A stretch of 64,000 bases of DNA from Candidatus Shapirobacteria bacterium (GCA_020059745.1 JAGVBK010000004.1:242511-306510); one strand, 5' to 3'; shown: positions 9,764 through 20,089, counted from the stretch's first letter. A program made the numbers and translations. The notes: generated from the sequence alone by a model not told the origin.

Positions 9764-11266
9764 TTACCAAGGTAATGCTAAGCCTAAATTATTAAAAAAG
9801 CTTTTATCTTGCATAACTTCTCTGGTTGCCCCTTCCCTTACCAGTCGGCCGTGATTCATTACCACCACCTGGTTTGTAGTCCGGGCAATCATTGGCCAGT
9901 CATGGGAAATTATTATTATAGTTTTTCCTTGAGCCTGAAGAGCCTTTATTTGCTCTGTCAAAGCTAGCCTCTCCTGTTGGTTTAAGCCTTTTGTTGGCTC
10001 GTCAAAAATCAGTATCTTAGGATCAGTTGAGAGAGCACAGCCTAAGGCTAGTCTTTGTTGCTGGCCAGTAGAAAGGCTTTTGGGATGTTCATCATCAAGG
10101 TTTGCAAGGCCAATTTCTGCCGGAGAGACACAACAGGAAACACCAGCTGCTTTAGGCGTAAAGCCAAGTTCGTCTCTAACTGTGCTTGTAAAAAAAGTAT
10201 CACCAGGATTCTGGTAAAGATAAGCAATATCAAGAACCCTTTCATTTGCCGGTGTTAGAAAAGGCTCGCTGCTTTCTAGCCTTACTCTGCCTGATTTTGG
10301 CCGGTAAATGCCGGCAAGGATTTTTGCCAAAGTAGTTTTTCCAGAGCCATTGTGGCCAATTATTCCGGTAACAGAACCTTTATGAATTTCTACGGAAACA
10401 TTGTTAACAGCAAGCTTATCGTTATAAGCAAAGCAGACACTTTCTGCGGAAACAGCAACAGGGCTGTTCCCCGGTTCCCTGAATTCAACTCGAGGGATAA
10501 CTATGCCTGCTTCTTGAGCTAGAATTTGGTTATTGCGGATTTCTTGCGGGTTGCCGGAGAATATTTGTCTTCCTTCTTTTATAATTAAGGCTTTATTTGC
10601 TTGTTCAAGTAACCACTTGGGGCAAGAAGAGTCAGCCACAATTAAAGTTACACCCTTTTCTTGCAAGGCTTTCATAATTTTCTTTATCCTTTCCTGACCA
10701 TTCTGGTCAAGGTCAGAAGAAATGTCGTCAAAAATCATGAGCTTCGGATCTTTGGCAAGCATTGAGGCAACTACAACCGCTTGTCCCTCTCCGCCGGAAA
10801 GGCCATTAACCTCTCTGTCTTTAAGTTCAGAGATACCCATAAAAGAAAGAAGTGAGTTTACCCTTTGGTGCATTTCCTCGCTTTTAACCCCAATGTTTTC
10901 AAGAGGAAAGGCAATTGCTTGTTCAACCTCACTTGCCATTAGCTGGTTTCTAAAGTTCTGAAAAACTATCCCGTAATCACGGGTAAGAGCGCTAATTTCA
11001 GTGGAAGCGACATCGTTCCCAAAGAGCTCAATTTTGCCTTCGTGCCTGCCGCCTTTAAAAAAATGATGGTTGAATCCGGCAAGAGAAGAAAAAAGAGTAG
11101 TTTTGCCGCTACCACTATCACCAAAAATAACTACAAAGTCTCCTTGAGAAACTTCAAGGTTAATGTCTTCTAAAGCCCGTTTTGTAGAAAAAGGATGCTT
11201 ATAAGAATAGTGTTCAATCCTGCAAGCAGGAGTTAACAAAGACTGTTCAAATTCGTGATTAAGCAT
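9764..11266 (-). CDS. ECF transporter ATPase, fused EcfA-EcfA'
   Basis: Two Walker A motifs (GDSGSGKT, GHNGSGKT), LSGGE/LSTGQ signatures, next to EcfT. Confidence 0.9.
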   Translation of the reverse strand: MLNHEFEQSLLTPACRIEHYSYKHPFSTKRALEDINLEVSQGDFVVIFGDSGSGKTTLFSSLAGFNHHFFKGGRHEGKIELFGNDVASTEISALTRDYGIVFQNFRNQLMASEVEQAIAFPLENIGVKSEEMHQRVNSLLSFMGISELKDREVNGLSGGEGQAVVVASMLAKDPKLMIFDDISSDLDQNGQERIKKIMKALQEKGVTLIVADSSCPKWLLEQANKALIIKEGRQIFSGNPQEIRNNQILAQEAGIVIPRVEFREPGNSPVAVSAESVCFAYNDKLAVNNVSVEIHKGSVTGIIGHNGSGKTTLAKILAGIYRPKSGRVRLESSEPFLTPANERVLDIAYLYQNPGDTFFTSTVRDELGFTPKAAGVSCCVSPAEIGLANLDDEHPKSLSTGQQQRLALGCALSTDPKILIFDEPTKGLNQQERLALTEQIKALQAQGKTIIIISHDWPMIARTTNQVVVMNHGRLVREGATREVMQDKSFFNNLGLALPW

Positions 11267-11294
11267 TATTTATTATTTGATTATTTTTTGGTGT

Positions 11295-11338
11295 CTCTAG
11301 GAGGCCGGGTGCAGATGAAGCCTAACGGCCTCCTAGAG
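11295..11338. repeat. 13-bp perfect inverted repeat at the end of ecfT
   Basis: CTCTAGGAGGCCG(11295-11307)...CGGCCTCCTAGAG(11326-11338). Confidence 0.8.
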
Positions 11339-12001
11339 TTTAAGGGTGAAAGCCAAGATGGAAAGCACGAGCATAAAGCCAAGGACTAGCCAGTCCACAC
11401 GGGTGAAGTGAAGCTGGTTGTAGACTGTTCGCTTGGCAAAAGGATCATAACCTAACACTTCGTGAGACAGCCCCTGATAGCGGATTCTGTCCAGCATTGC
11501 CTCAAAAAGCGGGATAGCAAGACCAACTGCTTTTTTTGCCTTTTGGACAACGCTTCCTGTTGTGTCGATCCCGCGGGCTCTTTGGATTTCTTGAAGTCTT
11601 GATACTTCCAAGCCCACAGAAGGAACCGTGAGCAAGGACTGGCCCAAAAGGTAAGTAAAAAGCTCGGTTGCCGTTGACCATTTTTCGATCCGGATGTTTC
11701 TCATGGTCTCGACAAACCTGCTGTTTCCCATGGACATGACCAAGGCAGAGGAGCCAAGGAGAACAAACATTCTTAAGGCAAAGATGGCTGCCTTGCCAAA
11801 TCCTCCGGCAGGTAGCTCGACAACAGTGACAAAAACCAGAAAGGGTGCTACTACCCGAAAGAAGTTAAGCAACCCTCTTGGTTTTGACAACCAAAACACT
11901 AACACCGTTCCGGCAAGGAATGCCTGGCCTGTTAATGTTTTATATTTCAAGGCGAGTACCGAGAGAATCATCCACCATGCAAACCAAAGCCTGCGATCCA
12001 T
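11333..12001 (-). CDS. ECF transporter T component
   Basis: QRARG coupling motif, TM helices, AAGGAG RBS. Confidence 0.85.
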   Translation of the reverse strand: MDRRLWFAWWMILSVLALKYKTLTGQAFLAGTVLVFWLSKPRGLLNFFRVVAPFLVFVTVVELPAGGFGKAAIFALRMFVLLGSSALVMSMGNSRFVETMRNIRIEKWSTATELFTYLLGQSLLTVPSVGLEVSRLQEIQRARGIDTTGSVVQKAKKAVGLAIPLFEAMLDRIRYQGLSHEVLGYDPFAKRTVYNQLHFTRVDWLVLGFMLVLSILAFTLKL

Positions 12002-12055
12002 GTCTCTCCTTTCAAGGAGAGGGCTCGGGTGAACCCTCTCCCTGCGGGATGGTTC

Positions 12056-12967
12056 TCAGAAGTTGGGGAGTTCTGATCGCCATTGGACAATGCGGAGCAG
12101 GGGTTCAGCCAGGAAAGCGGTGCAGAGTACCATTGGAATGGTGTCTGACATCACGCCGATGGCGAAGAACCCGGCCCACCAAGGAACTCCTCCTGCAGTA
12201 GTGACATTGAGCGAGGCGCCGACAAAAAAGGCCATGGTCACGCCAGCGACCAGGTTCACGAGCGCGCACTTGACGACCCATCGCCTTCTGTTCTCCTGAA
12301 TGTGGGAGAGAAGTTCCTGGCGGCTTTTTCCTCCACGGAGAATCACGGCAATGGCTGAGCCGGTGAGTGCACCGACAAGGATGCCGTCAACCACTGGGGT
12401 GTGGGGCAAAATCCAGTAGCCTGCCAGCAATGCCCAGGCTATCGAGCCCAGGTAGCCGGCAAGGAACCCGGTGGCTCTGCCAAAGACCAAGGCAACAAGG
12501 CCTGGTACAAAGGCAAAGGTTCGTAGGTGGACTGCCCCGGGGATGATCGGGACCGGCGAAAGAAACATCCAGCTGAACGCAGTAAGACCGGCCATTACAG
12601 CACCGATAAGCAAACCTTTTCTGACATCAGCAGGATCAGCGCTTTCTACCAATCCCCAGTTTCGTAGTTGACTCATCAGAGCGTACCAGTTCCCGAGTTT
12701 GGTGAGTCTGATGGCGACCAGTACCAACCCCATAGCGAACACTGCCCAAACCACGTAAGTGATGGGGTAGCTAGCCTGCTCCATCCAGGCAAGCCACGAG
12801 GGGACCTTCAGTTGGGCAACGCGCTGAAGAAAGGAAGAGATTGCCTCCCTTCCAAGCGTGGTGACGGAGATGACCAAAAGAAGGAGAACCAGAAGCCCTG
12901 CGAGGATCAGGGGAACCCGATCCTCTCTACCGACGTCTACTCTTCGAGCTGCTGTTCTCGTTGCCAC
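12056..12967 (-). CDS. ECF S-component-like membrane protein with extra N-terminal TM segments
   Basis: GTG start at 12967 after AAGGAGG; ALVFGxxxGFLAGYLG pattern typical of S components; in operon with EcfT/EcfA. Confidence 0.75.
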   Translation of the reverse strand: MATRTAARRVDVGREDRVPLILAGLLVLLLLVISVTTLGREAISSFLQRVAQLKVPSWLAWMEQASYPITYVVWAVFAMGLVLVAIRLTKLGNWYALMSQLRNWGLVESADPADVRKGLLIGAVMAGLTAFSWMFLSPVPIIPGAVHLRTFAFVPGLVALVFGRATGFLAGYLGSIAWALLAGYWILPHTPVVDGILVGALTGSAIAVILRGGKSRQELLSHIQENRRRWVVKCALVNLVAGVTMAFFVGASLNVTTAGGVPWWAGFFAIGVMSDTIPMVLCTAFLAEPLLRIVQWRSELPNF

Positions 12968-13324
12968 GGTCTGCCTCCTTTTTGAGACATAGAGAATTGC
13001 GGAATGCACAGTCTGCTTTCAACGGAAAGCAGCAAGGAAGCGGCTTAAAAAGAAGGGCCTCTTTGCTGCCTTCCGCATTAATTGGCTTTCACTTTTCAAA
13101 GAACTAACCGTTTAAGAAACGCTTTTGTTTTCAGAAACGGAGTTATTAAAGTCATTTTTTAATTGTTTGAAAAAGTTGGAAAAAAGAATAAAAAAAGCCC
13201 CGGCTAAAAACCGACACCGTGGGCAGTCTGAAGTTGCCATTTTATTAAACATTGTTTTTTCTCCGGCAAAAGAGAATCTTTTTGCTGATAACACTTTTTT
13301 AGCAAATTGCTACAAATAAGTCAA
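12968..13324 (-). promoter_or_regulatory. promoter and long structured 5' leader of the ECF operon
   Basis: Minus strand TTGACT-17-TAAAAA (13324-13296); terminator-like hairpin + U-tract at ~13225-13190; competing stems at 13077-12971. Confidence 0.5.
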
Positions 13325-13333
13325 TAGATTGAA

Positions 13334-13870
13334 TTATCGGCTGAAAACCGGAAGCATAGAAAGGTAAAGAAGCTTTCCTTGATACTGGTTTCCTTGTTTA
13401 AAAATTGAAGCAATAAGGGAGATATTTGCTCCAGTCTTTAAAAGAATTTTTTCAAGGTTGGTGATGGTTTTTCCGGAAGAAACCACATCATCAACCACAA
13501 TTACTTTTTTTCCTTTTAAAAGCTGGGCATCCGGTCCATCCAAAACCAGCATTTCCGGTTTTTTTCCGTTTGTAACTTTAAGGACTTCCGGTGAAAGCAT
13601 ATAGCCTTTTATGCTTTTTCGGCAAACAACATACCTTTTTTTGCCAAGTTTTTGCGACAAGGCAAACAAAAGGGGAACTACTTTTACTTCTGGCCCAACA
13701 ATGTAGTCAAAATCAATTCCTTTCAGTTTTTCAGCCAGCAGTGAGGCGGCTACTTCTGTAAGTTCGGCATCACCTAAAAGAGAAATGCTGGCAATTTTTA
13801 TTTTTGGAGTTAGGGAAACAATAGGCAATTTTCTTTTTAAGCCGAAAAAGTCAAGCTCGTAAAACTCCAT
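13334..13870 (-). CDS. adenine/purine phosphoribosyltransferase-family protein
   Basis: VIVVDDVVSSGKT PRPP motif; LGDAEL...PEVKVVPL pattern of Thermus-type APRT family. Confidence 0.88.
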   Translation of the reverse strand: MEFYELDFFGLKRKLPIVSLTPKIKIASISLLGDAELTEVAASLLAEKLKGIDFDYIVGPEVKVVPLLFALSQKLGKKRYVVCRKSIKGYMLSPEVLKVTNGKKPEMLVLDGPDAQLLKGKKVIVVDDVVSSGKTITNLEKILLKTGANISLIASIFKQGNQYQGKLLYLSMLPVFSR

Positions 13871-13910
13871 ATTAAAAATAATTATATGTCAATTAGGAAA
13901 ATAAAAAATA

Positions 13911-14013
13911 TTGCTTTGGAAATGGATTTTTGTTAAAATGTTTTTTGAAGATAGTCTTTTTTATTGACTTTCAAAGCGGTGCTCCGCTTAAAAAGAGGCG
14001 GAGTTCTTTTTTT
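13911..14013 (+). promoter_or_regulatory. fusA promoter and attenuator-like leader
   Basis: TTGCTT-17-TAAAAT (13911-13939); hairpin GCTCCGCTT/AGGCGGAGT followed by T-tract. Confidence 0.55.
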
Positions 14014-14037
14014 GATATTTTTTATTAAAGGATAATT

Positions 14038-16134
14038 ATGGCAGCAATCCAAAAAACAACTGAAAGAACTATGCCTTTGGAAAAGGTAAGGAATATTGGT
14101 GTTATTGCCCATATCGACGCCGGTAAAACCACCACTACGGAAAGAATTCTTTTCTATACTGGAAAAACTTACAAGTTGGGAAATATTGACGAGGGAACGA
14201 CGGTCACCGACTGGATGGACCAGGAAAGAGAACGAGGAATTACCATTGTTTCTGCGGCAATTACCACTTTTTGGAAAGACCACCGTATTAACATTATTGA
14301 CACCCCGGGACATGTGGATTTCACGGCTGAGGTTGAGCGTTCCATGAGAGTTTTGGATGGCGGAGTTACTGTTTTTGACGCCGAAGAAGGAGTGCAGTCA
14401 CAGTCAGAAACAGTTTGGAGGCAAGCGGATAAATATCATGTTCCCCGGCTTATCTTCATAAATAAAATGGACAAGCTTGGTGCTAATTTCAAAGGCACCT
14501 TGGAAATGATAAAAGAAAGACTGGGAATTAACCCAGCCATTATTTCTTATCCTATTGGCGCGGAACAGGATTTTAAGGGAGTAGTTTTGTTACTCGAGAA
14601 AAAAGCCCTTTACTGGGAAAAGGACCCGCTTGGCATTCAGTTTGAGGAAGCTGAAGTTCCGGAAAATATGAAGGCTGAAATTGAGGAAGCCAGACATAAT
14701 CTGGTAGAACAAATCTGCGCTGAGGACGAAACCCTGCTTGAAAAATATCTAAGTGGCGAAGAGCCAACTATTTCTGAGCTTAAAACCGTTTTAAGGAAAG
14801 CCACTATCGACTACAGACTGGTGCCGATTTACGCCGGTTCTTCTTTAAGGAATAAAGGTGTTCAGCCGCTTCTCGACGGAATCATTGAATACCTGCCGTC
14901 GCCTTTGGAAGTTCCTCCGGTAAAAGGAACAGATCCCAAAACAGAAGCAGAGCTTGAAAGAAAGCCAAGTAATGACGAACCGTTATCTGCTCTGGCTTTT
15001 AAAATTCAGGTTGACCCTCATGTTGGAAAATTAACCTATATCAGGGTTTATTCAGGAGTTTTAAAGTCAGGCAGGCCGGTAATGAATTCTACAAAAAAAG
15101 ATGAAGAAAGAATCGGCCGGCTACTTCTTATGCATGCAGACAAAAGAGAAGAGATTACCGAGGCCTTTGCAGGAGAGATTGTGGCTGCCATCGGTTTAAC
15201 TAATACTTCTACCGGAGATACACTTTGTGATCAGACCAATCCGATTGTCCTTGAGTCGATCAAATTTCCAGAACCGGTTATTTCTTTGGCCATTGAACCA
15301 AAGACAAAGTCTGACCAGGAAAAACTGGGCAATGCCTTAAACCGGCTTTCGGAAGAAGACCCCACCTTTAAAATAAAAATGAACCATGAAACCGGGCAGA
15401 CCATTATTGCCGGCATGGGAGAACTCCACCTTGAAATTCTGGTGGAGAGAATGAGAAGGGAATTTGGCGTTGATGCTGAGACCGGTGCGCCTCAGGTGGC
15501 TTATAAAGAAACAATTGCTAGAATTGCTGAAGGTGAAGGAAAATATATTCACCAGTCAGGGGGGCGCGGTCAATACGGTCATTGCTGGCTTAGGGTTGAA
15601 CCTAAAAACAGAGGCGAGGGTTATGAATTTACTTCTGAGATTAAAGGTGGCGCTATTCCCAGTGAATTTGTTCCCGCGATTGAAAAGGGCGTTAAGGAAG
15701 CAATGGAAAACGGTGTTCTGGCCGGATTCCCTATGGTTGATATGAAGGTTGTTGTTTTTGACGGCTCTTTCCATGAGGTTGACTCTTCAGAGATTGCTTT
15801 TAAGATTGCCGGTACTCAGGCGCTTCAGGCAGCAACCAAAGAAGCAGGGATTTCCCTACTTGAACCAATTATGAAAGTAGAAGTTACTACCCCTGAAGAT
15901 TTCATGGGAACCATTATTGGTGATCTTTCTTCAAGAAGGGCCCAGATTTTGGGAACTGAGGTCAGGGGAGTAGCCAGGATTGTCACGGCTTTGGTTCCTT
16001 TAGCAGAAATTTCCGGTTATTCGACTACTTTAAGAAGTTTAAGCCAAGGAAGAGCAAGCTACTATATGGAGCCTTCTCATTATCAGGAAGTGCCCAAAAA
16101 TATTACAGAAGCAATTGTTGCAAAGAGAACCTAA
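14038..16134 (+). CDS. fusA: elongation factor G
   Basis: [32 protein letters not shown]. Confidence 0.99.
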   Translation: MAAIQKTTERTMPLEKVRNIGVIAHIDAGKTTTTERILFYTGKTYKLGNIDEGTTVTDWMDQERERGITIVSAAITTFWKDHRINIIDTPGHVDFTAEVERSMRVLDGGVTVFDAEEGVQSQSETVWRQADKYHVPRLIFINKMDKLGANFKGTLEMIKERLGINPAIISYPIGAEQDFKGVVLLLEKKALYWEKDPLGIQFEEAEVPENMKAEIEEARHNLVEQICAEDETLLEKYLSGEEPTISELKTVLRKATIDYRLVPIYAGSSLRNKGVQPLLDGIIEYLPSPLEVPPVKGTDPKTEAELERKPSNDEPLSALAFKIQVDPHVGKLTYIRVYSGVLKSGRPVMNSTKKDEERIGRLLLMHADKREEITEAFAGEIVAAIGLTNTSTGDTLCDQTNPIVLESIKFPEPVISLAIEPKTKSDQEKLGNALNRLSEEDPTFKIKMNHETGQTIIAGMGELHLEILVERMRREFGVDAETGAPQVAYKETIARIAEGEGKYIHQSGGRGQYGHCWLRVEPKNRGEGYEFTSEIKGGAIPSEFVPAIEKGVKEAMENGVLAGFPMVDMKVVVFDGSFHEVDSSEIAFKIAGTQALQAATKEAGISLLEPIMKVEVTTPEDFMGTIIGDLSSRRAQILGTEVRGVARIVTALVPLAEISGYSTTLRSLSQGRASYYMEPSHYQEVPKNITEAIVAKRT

Positions 16135-16146
16135 ATTTGTTATAGT
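16118..16146 (+). promoter_or_regulatory. tuf promoter
   Basis: TTGCAA-17-TATAGT with TG extension. Confidence 0.55.
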
Positions 16147-16231
16147 AGCAAATTATTATCCCCTTATAGGGGAGCTTATTTAGCGAGTTTATTAATTTAT
16201 TAATTCTCATTTATTAATAGGAGGATAAAAA

Positions 16232-17428
16232 ATGGCAGATTCAGCCCAAAAGTTCGAAAGAACTAAGCCACATCTTAACATTGGTACTATCGGTCATGTT
16301 GACCATGGTAAAACCACTCTTTCTGCTGCAATCAGCACGGTTTTATCAAAACAGCCGGGAAACCCAACCAAAAAATTGGAGTTTTTTGATATTGATAACG
16401 CTCCTGAAGAAAAAGAAAGAGGGGTTACCATCAATATTTCCCACATTGAGTATGAGACAGACAAAAGGCATTACGCCCATATTGACTGTCCGGGACACGC
16501 CGACTATATCAAGAACATGATTACCGGTGCTGCCCAGATGGACGGTGCTATTTTGGTGGTATCTGCTCCAGACGGACCAATGCCGCAGACAAGAGAACAC
16601 ATTCTTTTGGCTAACCAGGTTAATGTTCCGGCTTTAGTTGTTGCCTTAAACAAGGTTGACATGGTTGACGACGCTGAGCTTCTTGATTTGGTTGAAATGG
16701 AAATCAGGGAACTTCTTAAAAAGTATCAGTTCCCAGGAGATGAAATTCCCATTGTCAGAGTTTCTGCTCTTAAAGCTCTTAACGGCGACGCTGAGGCAGA
16801 AAAAGGCATTTTGGAGCTCATGAGTAAGGTTGACGAGTATATTCCAGATCCACAAAGAGATCTTGACAAGCCTTTCTTAATGCCGGTTGAAGATGTTTTC
16901 TCAATCAAAGGTAGAGGCACTGTTGTGACCGGAAGAATTCAGAGAGGGAAGGTTAAAGTCAACGAGGAAGTAGAGATTATTGGCATTACCCAGACCAAAA
17001 AGTCTGTGGTTACCGGAGTTGAGATGTTTAGAAAAACTCTTGACGAAGGCCAGGCTGGAGACAATGTTGGTTTGCTTCTTCGAGGAATCGAAAAAGACGA
17101 TGTTGAAAGAGGCCAAGTTTTAGCCAAACCAGGGTCAGTTACTCCTCATACCAAGTTTGAAGCCGAGGTGTACATTTTAACCAAAGAAGAAGGCGGCAGA
17201 CACACACCTTTCTTTACCGGTTATAGACCTCAGTTCTATTTGGGAACAACTGATGTAACTGGAACTGTTGCCTTAGCTTCCGGAGTTGAGATGGTCATGC
17301 CTGGCGATAACGCCAAGATGACTGTTGAGCTTATTGTTCCGGTTGCTATGGAAGAAGGGCTCCGCTTTGCTATCAGAGAAGGTGGACACACCGTCGGAGC
17401 TGGAGTCATTTCTAAAATTCTAGCTTAA
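16232..17428 (+). CDS. tuf: elongation factor Tu
   Basis: [33 protein letters not shown]. Confidence 0.99.
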   Translation: MADSAQKFERTKPHLNIGTIGHVDHGKTTLSAAISTVLSKQPGNPTKKLEFFDIDNAPEEKERGVTINISHIEYETDKRHYAHIDCPGHADYIKNMITGAAQMDGAILVVSAPDGPMPQTREHILLANQVNVPALVVALNKVDMVDDAELLDLVEMEIRELLKKYQFPGDEIPIVRVSALKALNGDAEAEKGILELMSKVDEYIPDPQRDLDKPFLMPVEDVFSIKGRGTVVTGRIQRGKVKVNEEVEIIGITQTKKSVVTGVEMFRKTLDEGQAGDNVGLLLRGIEKDDVERGQVLAKPGSVTPHTKFEAEVYILTKEEGGRHTPFFTGYRPQFYLGTTDVTGTVALASGVEMVMPGDNAKMTVELIVPVAMEEGLRFAIREGGHTVGAGVISKILA

Positions 17429-17437
17429 AAATACTTT

Positions 17438-17466
17438 AAACCCCCGAGCTAAGGCTCGGGGGTTTT
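17438..17466 (+). terminator. intrinsic terminator after tuf
   Basis: AAACCCCCGAGC-TAAG-GCTCGGGGGTTTT. Confidence 0.75.
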
Positions 17467-17484
17467 ATGAAAAAGAACCTTTAA

Positions 17485-17793
17485 ATGAATAAGGGAAGAA
17501 TACGCATCAAACTAAAATCTTATGATCACCGTGTTGTAGACGAGGCGGCAGCTAAAATTGTGGAAACTGCGATTTTAAGTGGGGCCAAAATAACCGGGCC
17601 AATTCCCTTGCCGACAAGACGGAGGCTGATTGTTGTCAACACCAGCCCGCATACAGATAAGGACGCACGAGAGCAGTTTGAAATGTTAACCCATAAAAGG
17701 CTAATTGACATTGCTGAACCAACTCAAAAAACAATTGAAGGTTTACAACACATGGAACTGCCCGCAGGTGTGGATATTGAAATCAGAATGTGA
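17485..17793 (+). CDS. rpsJ: 30S ribosomal protein S10
   Basis: [24 protein letters not shown]. Confidence 0.99.
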   Translation: MNKGRIRIKLKSYDHRVVDEAAAKIVETAILSGAKITGPIPLPTRRRLIVVNTSPHTDKDAREQFEMLTHKRLIDIAEPTQKTIEGLQHMELPAGVDIEIRM

Positions 17794-17802
17794 TGTCTTA
17801 AA

Positions 17803-17927
17803 TTGAAATTTGAGGCAAAACATAGTAAAATAGACTGATACTTGGAGGTGTCAAATTTTTAGATAATTAATAAATTCAAAGAGTATAGAAAGAGCGCTTC
17901 CAGAACCTGCAGGCGCTCTTAATTTTT
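17803..17927 (+). promoter_or_regulatory. promoter and hairpin leader of rplC operon
   Basis: TTGAAA-17-TAAAAT (17803-17831); AAGAGCGCTT/AGGCGCTCTT stem + AATTTTT. Confidence 0.55.
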
Positions 17928-17933
17928 GAAAAA

Positions 17934-18371
17934 ATGGATAAAGAAAAAATCACTGCTATAAAAGGAGAAATGCTGACTTTATATGATGAGGCTGGAAAAG
18001 CTCAACCGGTAACTTCGGTTATCGGCAAAGAGGCAAAACTCGCCGATATCTTTAAGGAAGGTGATTCAATCATGGTTTCCGGCGTTTCCAAAGGAAAAGG
18101 TTTTGCCGGCGTGGTCAAAAGGCATGGTTTTGCCGGCGGTCCTAAGACTCACGGCCAATCTGACCGGCAAAGGGCGCCAGGTTCAATCGGAGCCACCACC
18201 ACCCCGGGTAGAGTTTTTAAAGGCAAAAGAATGGCAGGAAGGATGGGTGGCGAGAAAGTGACTGTTAAAAATCTTTTGGTTTCAAAAGTTGATTCGGAAA
18301 AAAATATCATTTACGTTAAAGGTGCGGTTCCGGGAAGCAAAAGAGGACTAATTACTTTAAGAAAACCATAA
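17934..18371 (+). CDS. rplC: 50S ribosomal protein L3, internally shortened (145 aa)
   Basis: [38 protein letters not shown]. Confidence 0.95.
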   Translation: MDKEKITAIKGEMLTLYDEAGKAQPVTSVIGKEAKLADIFKEGDSIMVSGVSKGKGFAGVVKRHGFAGGPKTHGQSDRQRAPGSIGATTTPGRVFKGKRMAGRMGGEKVTVKNLLVSKVDSEKNIIYVKGAVPGSKRGLITLRKP

Positions 18372-18372
18372 A

Positions 18373-19044
18373 ATGAAAAGTTTAAAGATTTCAACCATTA
18401 ATAAAAAAGCGGAAGTTTCCGGAGAGGAAATAATTTCCGGTAAAATTTTGGAAAAAGAGGTTTCCCCTCTTTTGGTTTCCCAGGCAGTGAATGCTTTTTT
18501 GGCTAACCAAAGAAGATCTTTTGCTAAAACAAAAACAAGAGCCGTGGTTGTTGGTTCAAAAAGTAAAATTTACAGGCAAAAAGGCACTGGTCGGGCCAGA
18601 CATGGTGACAGGCAAGCTCCGATTTTTGTCGGTGGCGGAGTTGCCCACGGTCCGAGTGGAGAGCAAAATTATAAGAAAGCTCTCCCCAGGAAGATGACCC
18701 AAAGGGCAATTTTAAAAGTATTAACTGATAAAATTACAGAAAAAAAAGCTTATTTGGTGGAAGGGCTTAATTTCAAAAAAACAAAAGAGGCTTCTTTGTT
18801 TATAGACAAACTAAAAGAGAACCTTAAAGAAGAAGGGAAAATTGCTTTAATTATTGGAAATGAAGCAGACCTTAAAAAATCATTTAGGAATTTAGCTGAG
18901 GCAGTTGTTTTAAGCATAAAATCTATTAGCCCTTATGAGCTTTTAAGCTTTGATTGCCTGTTAATAACCCAAGAAGCTTTTGAAGAAATGAAGAAATATT
19001 TTGGCCTTGAGGCAAAGGAAGAAAAAAATGAAAAGGCTCATTAA
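18373..19044 (+). CDS. rplD: 50S ribosomal protein L4
   Basis: RQKGTGRARHG, GGGVAHGP. Confidence 0.97.
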   Translation: MKSLKISTINKKAEVSGEEIISGKILEKEVSPLLVSQAVNAFLANQRRSFAKTKTRAVVVGSKSKIYRQKGTGRARHGDRQAPIFVGGGVAHGPSGEQNYKKALPRKMTQRAILKVLTDKITEKKAYLVEGLNFKKTKEASLFIDKLKENLKEEGKIALIIGNEADLKKSFRNLAEAVVLSIKSISPYELLSFDCLLITQEAFEEMKKYFGLEAKEEKNEKAH

Positions 19045-19312
19045 ACCGCTTATTACTGAAACAACTCTTGATTTGGCTCAAAGGAATTGGTACACCTTTG
19101 CCGTTCCCTTAGGCCAAAACAAGAATGCAATAAAAGAAACAGTCGAAAAACAGTTTAAGGTTAAGGTTACTGATATAAAAACAATTGTTGTTAAAGGAAA
19201 AACAAAAAGGTCTTTAAGAACAAGAAAAACTACCAAGTCGTCAAATTGGAAAAAAGCCATGGTAAAGGTTAAAGAAGGTCAAAAAATTGATGTTTTTGAT
19301 ATTGGAGCATAA
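19028..19312 (+). CDS. rplW: 50S ribosomal protein L23
   Basis: KPLITE...WKKAMV; operon position; ATG 19028. Confidence 0.95.
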   Translation: MKRLIKPLITETTLDLAQRNWYTFAVPLGQNKNAIKETVEKQFKVKVTDIKTIVVKGKTKRSLRTRKTTKSSNWKKAMVKVKEGQKIDVFDIGA

Positions 19313-19314
19313 AA

Positions 19315-20082
19315 ATGGAAAATAAAAACTTAAAAACTATGATTGGAAAAAGAGGTGGCCGTGATTCAAACGGTCATGTTTCCGTTCGCCAAAGAGGTGG
19401 CGGCAGCAAAAAATACTTAAGAAAAATTGATTTTAAAAGAGACAAAATCGATATACCTGGTGTGGTTGAAAAAATTGAGTATGATCCGAACCGGAATGTG
19501 GATATTGCCCTTGTGCTTTATCCTGACGGAGAGAGGCGTTATATTATTGCCCCTCTTAATCTAGAAGCTGGCGATAAAGTGGTTTCCGGAGAAAGCGTTG
19601 AGATAAAGGCCGGAAATGCAACTAGCTTAAGAAATATCCCTGTCGGAACACCGATTCATAACCTTGAGCTGGTTCCTGGTAAGGGTGGACAAATTGTCAG
19701 AGGTGCGGGTTCTTTGGCCACAATTTTATCTAAAGAGGGCGGACTTGCCCAAGTAAAGCTTCCTTCAGGAGAGTTAAGGATCTTTTCTGAAAGCGTTAAA
19801 GCAACAATTGGCCAAGTAGGAAATATTAGTGAAAAATTTAAGAAATTAAGAAAAGCAGGTGACTCTAGGCACAGGGGGAAAAGACCCCATGTTAGAGGAG
19901 TGGCTCAGCACCCAGGTTCTCATCCTCATGGTGGCGGAGAAGGCAGAAGCGGTATTGGCATGCCTAGTCCTAAAAGCCCTTGGGGTAAGCCGACTTTGGG
20001 AAAAAAGACAAGAAAAAAAGCTAAATACAGCGACAAATATATTATTACTAACAGAAAATCTCGTTCTGTAGCGAGAAAATAA
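19315..20082 (+). CDS. rplB: 50S ribosomal protein L2 (N-terminally short)
   Basis: [26 protein letters not shown]. Confidence 0.98.
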   Translation: MENKNLKTMIGKRGGRDSNGHVSVRQRGGGSKKYLRKIDFKRDKIDIPGVVEKIEYDPNRNVDIALVLYPDGERRYIIAPLNLEAGDKVVSGESVEIKAGNATSLRNIPVGTPIHNLELVPGKGGQIVRGAGSLATILSKEGGLAQVKLPSGELRIFSESVKATIGQVGNISEKFKKLRKAGDSRHRGKRPHVRGVAQHPGSHPHGGGEGRSGIGMPSPKSPWGKPTLGKKTRKKAKYSDKYIITNRKSRSVARK

Positions 20083-20089
20083 TTAAAAT

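Noticed and set aside
11694-12985. Several 66-112-aa plus-strand ORFs
   Set aside because: Shadow ORFs antisense to the GC-rich ECF genes.
13090-13300. Known purine, ykkC, ZTP or preQ1 riboswitch, PyrR site, and the 60-64-aa ORFs here
   Set aside because: Consensus nucleotides not found by eye; the ORFs lack an RBS and overlap RNA hairpins.
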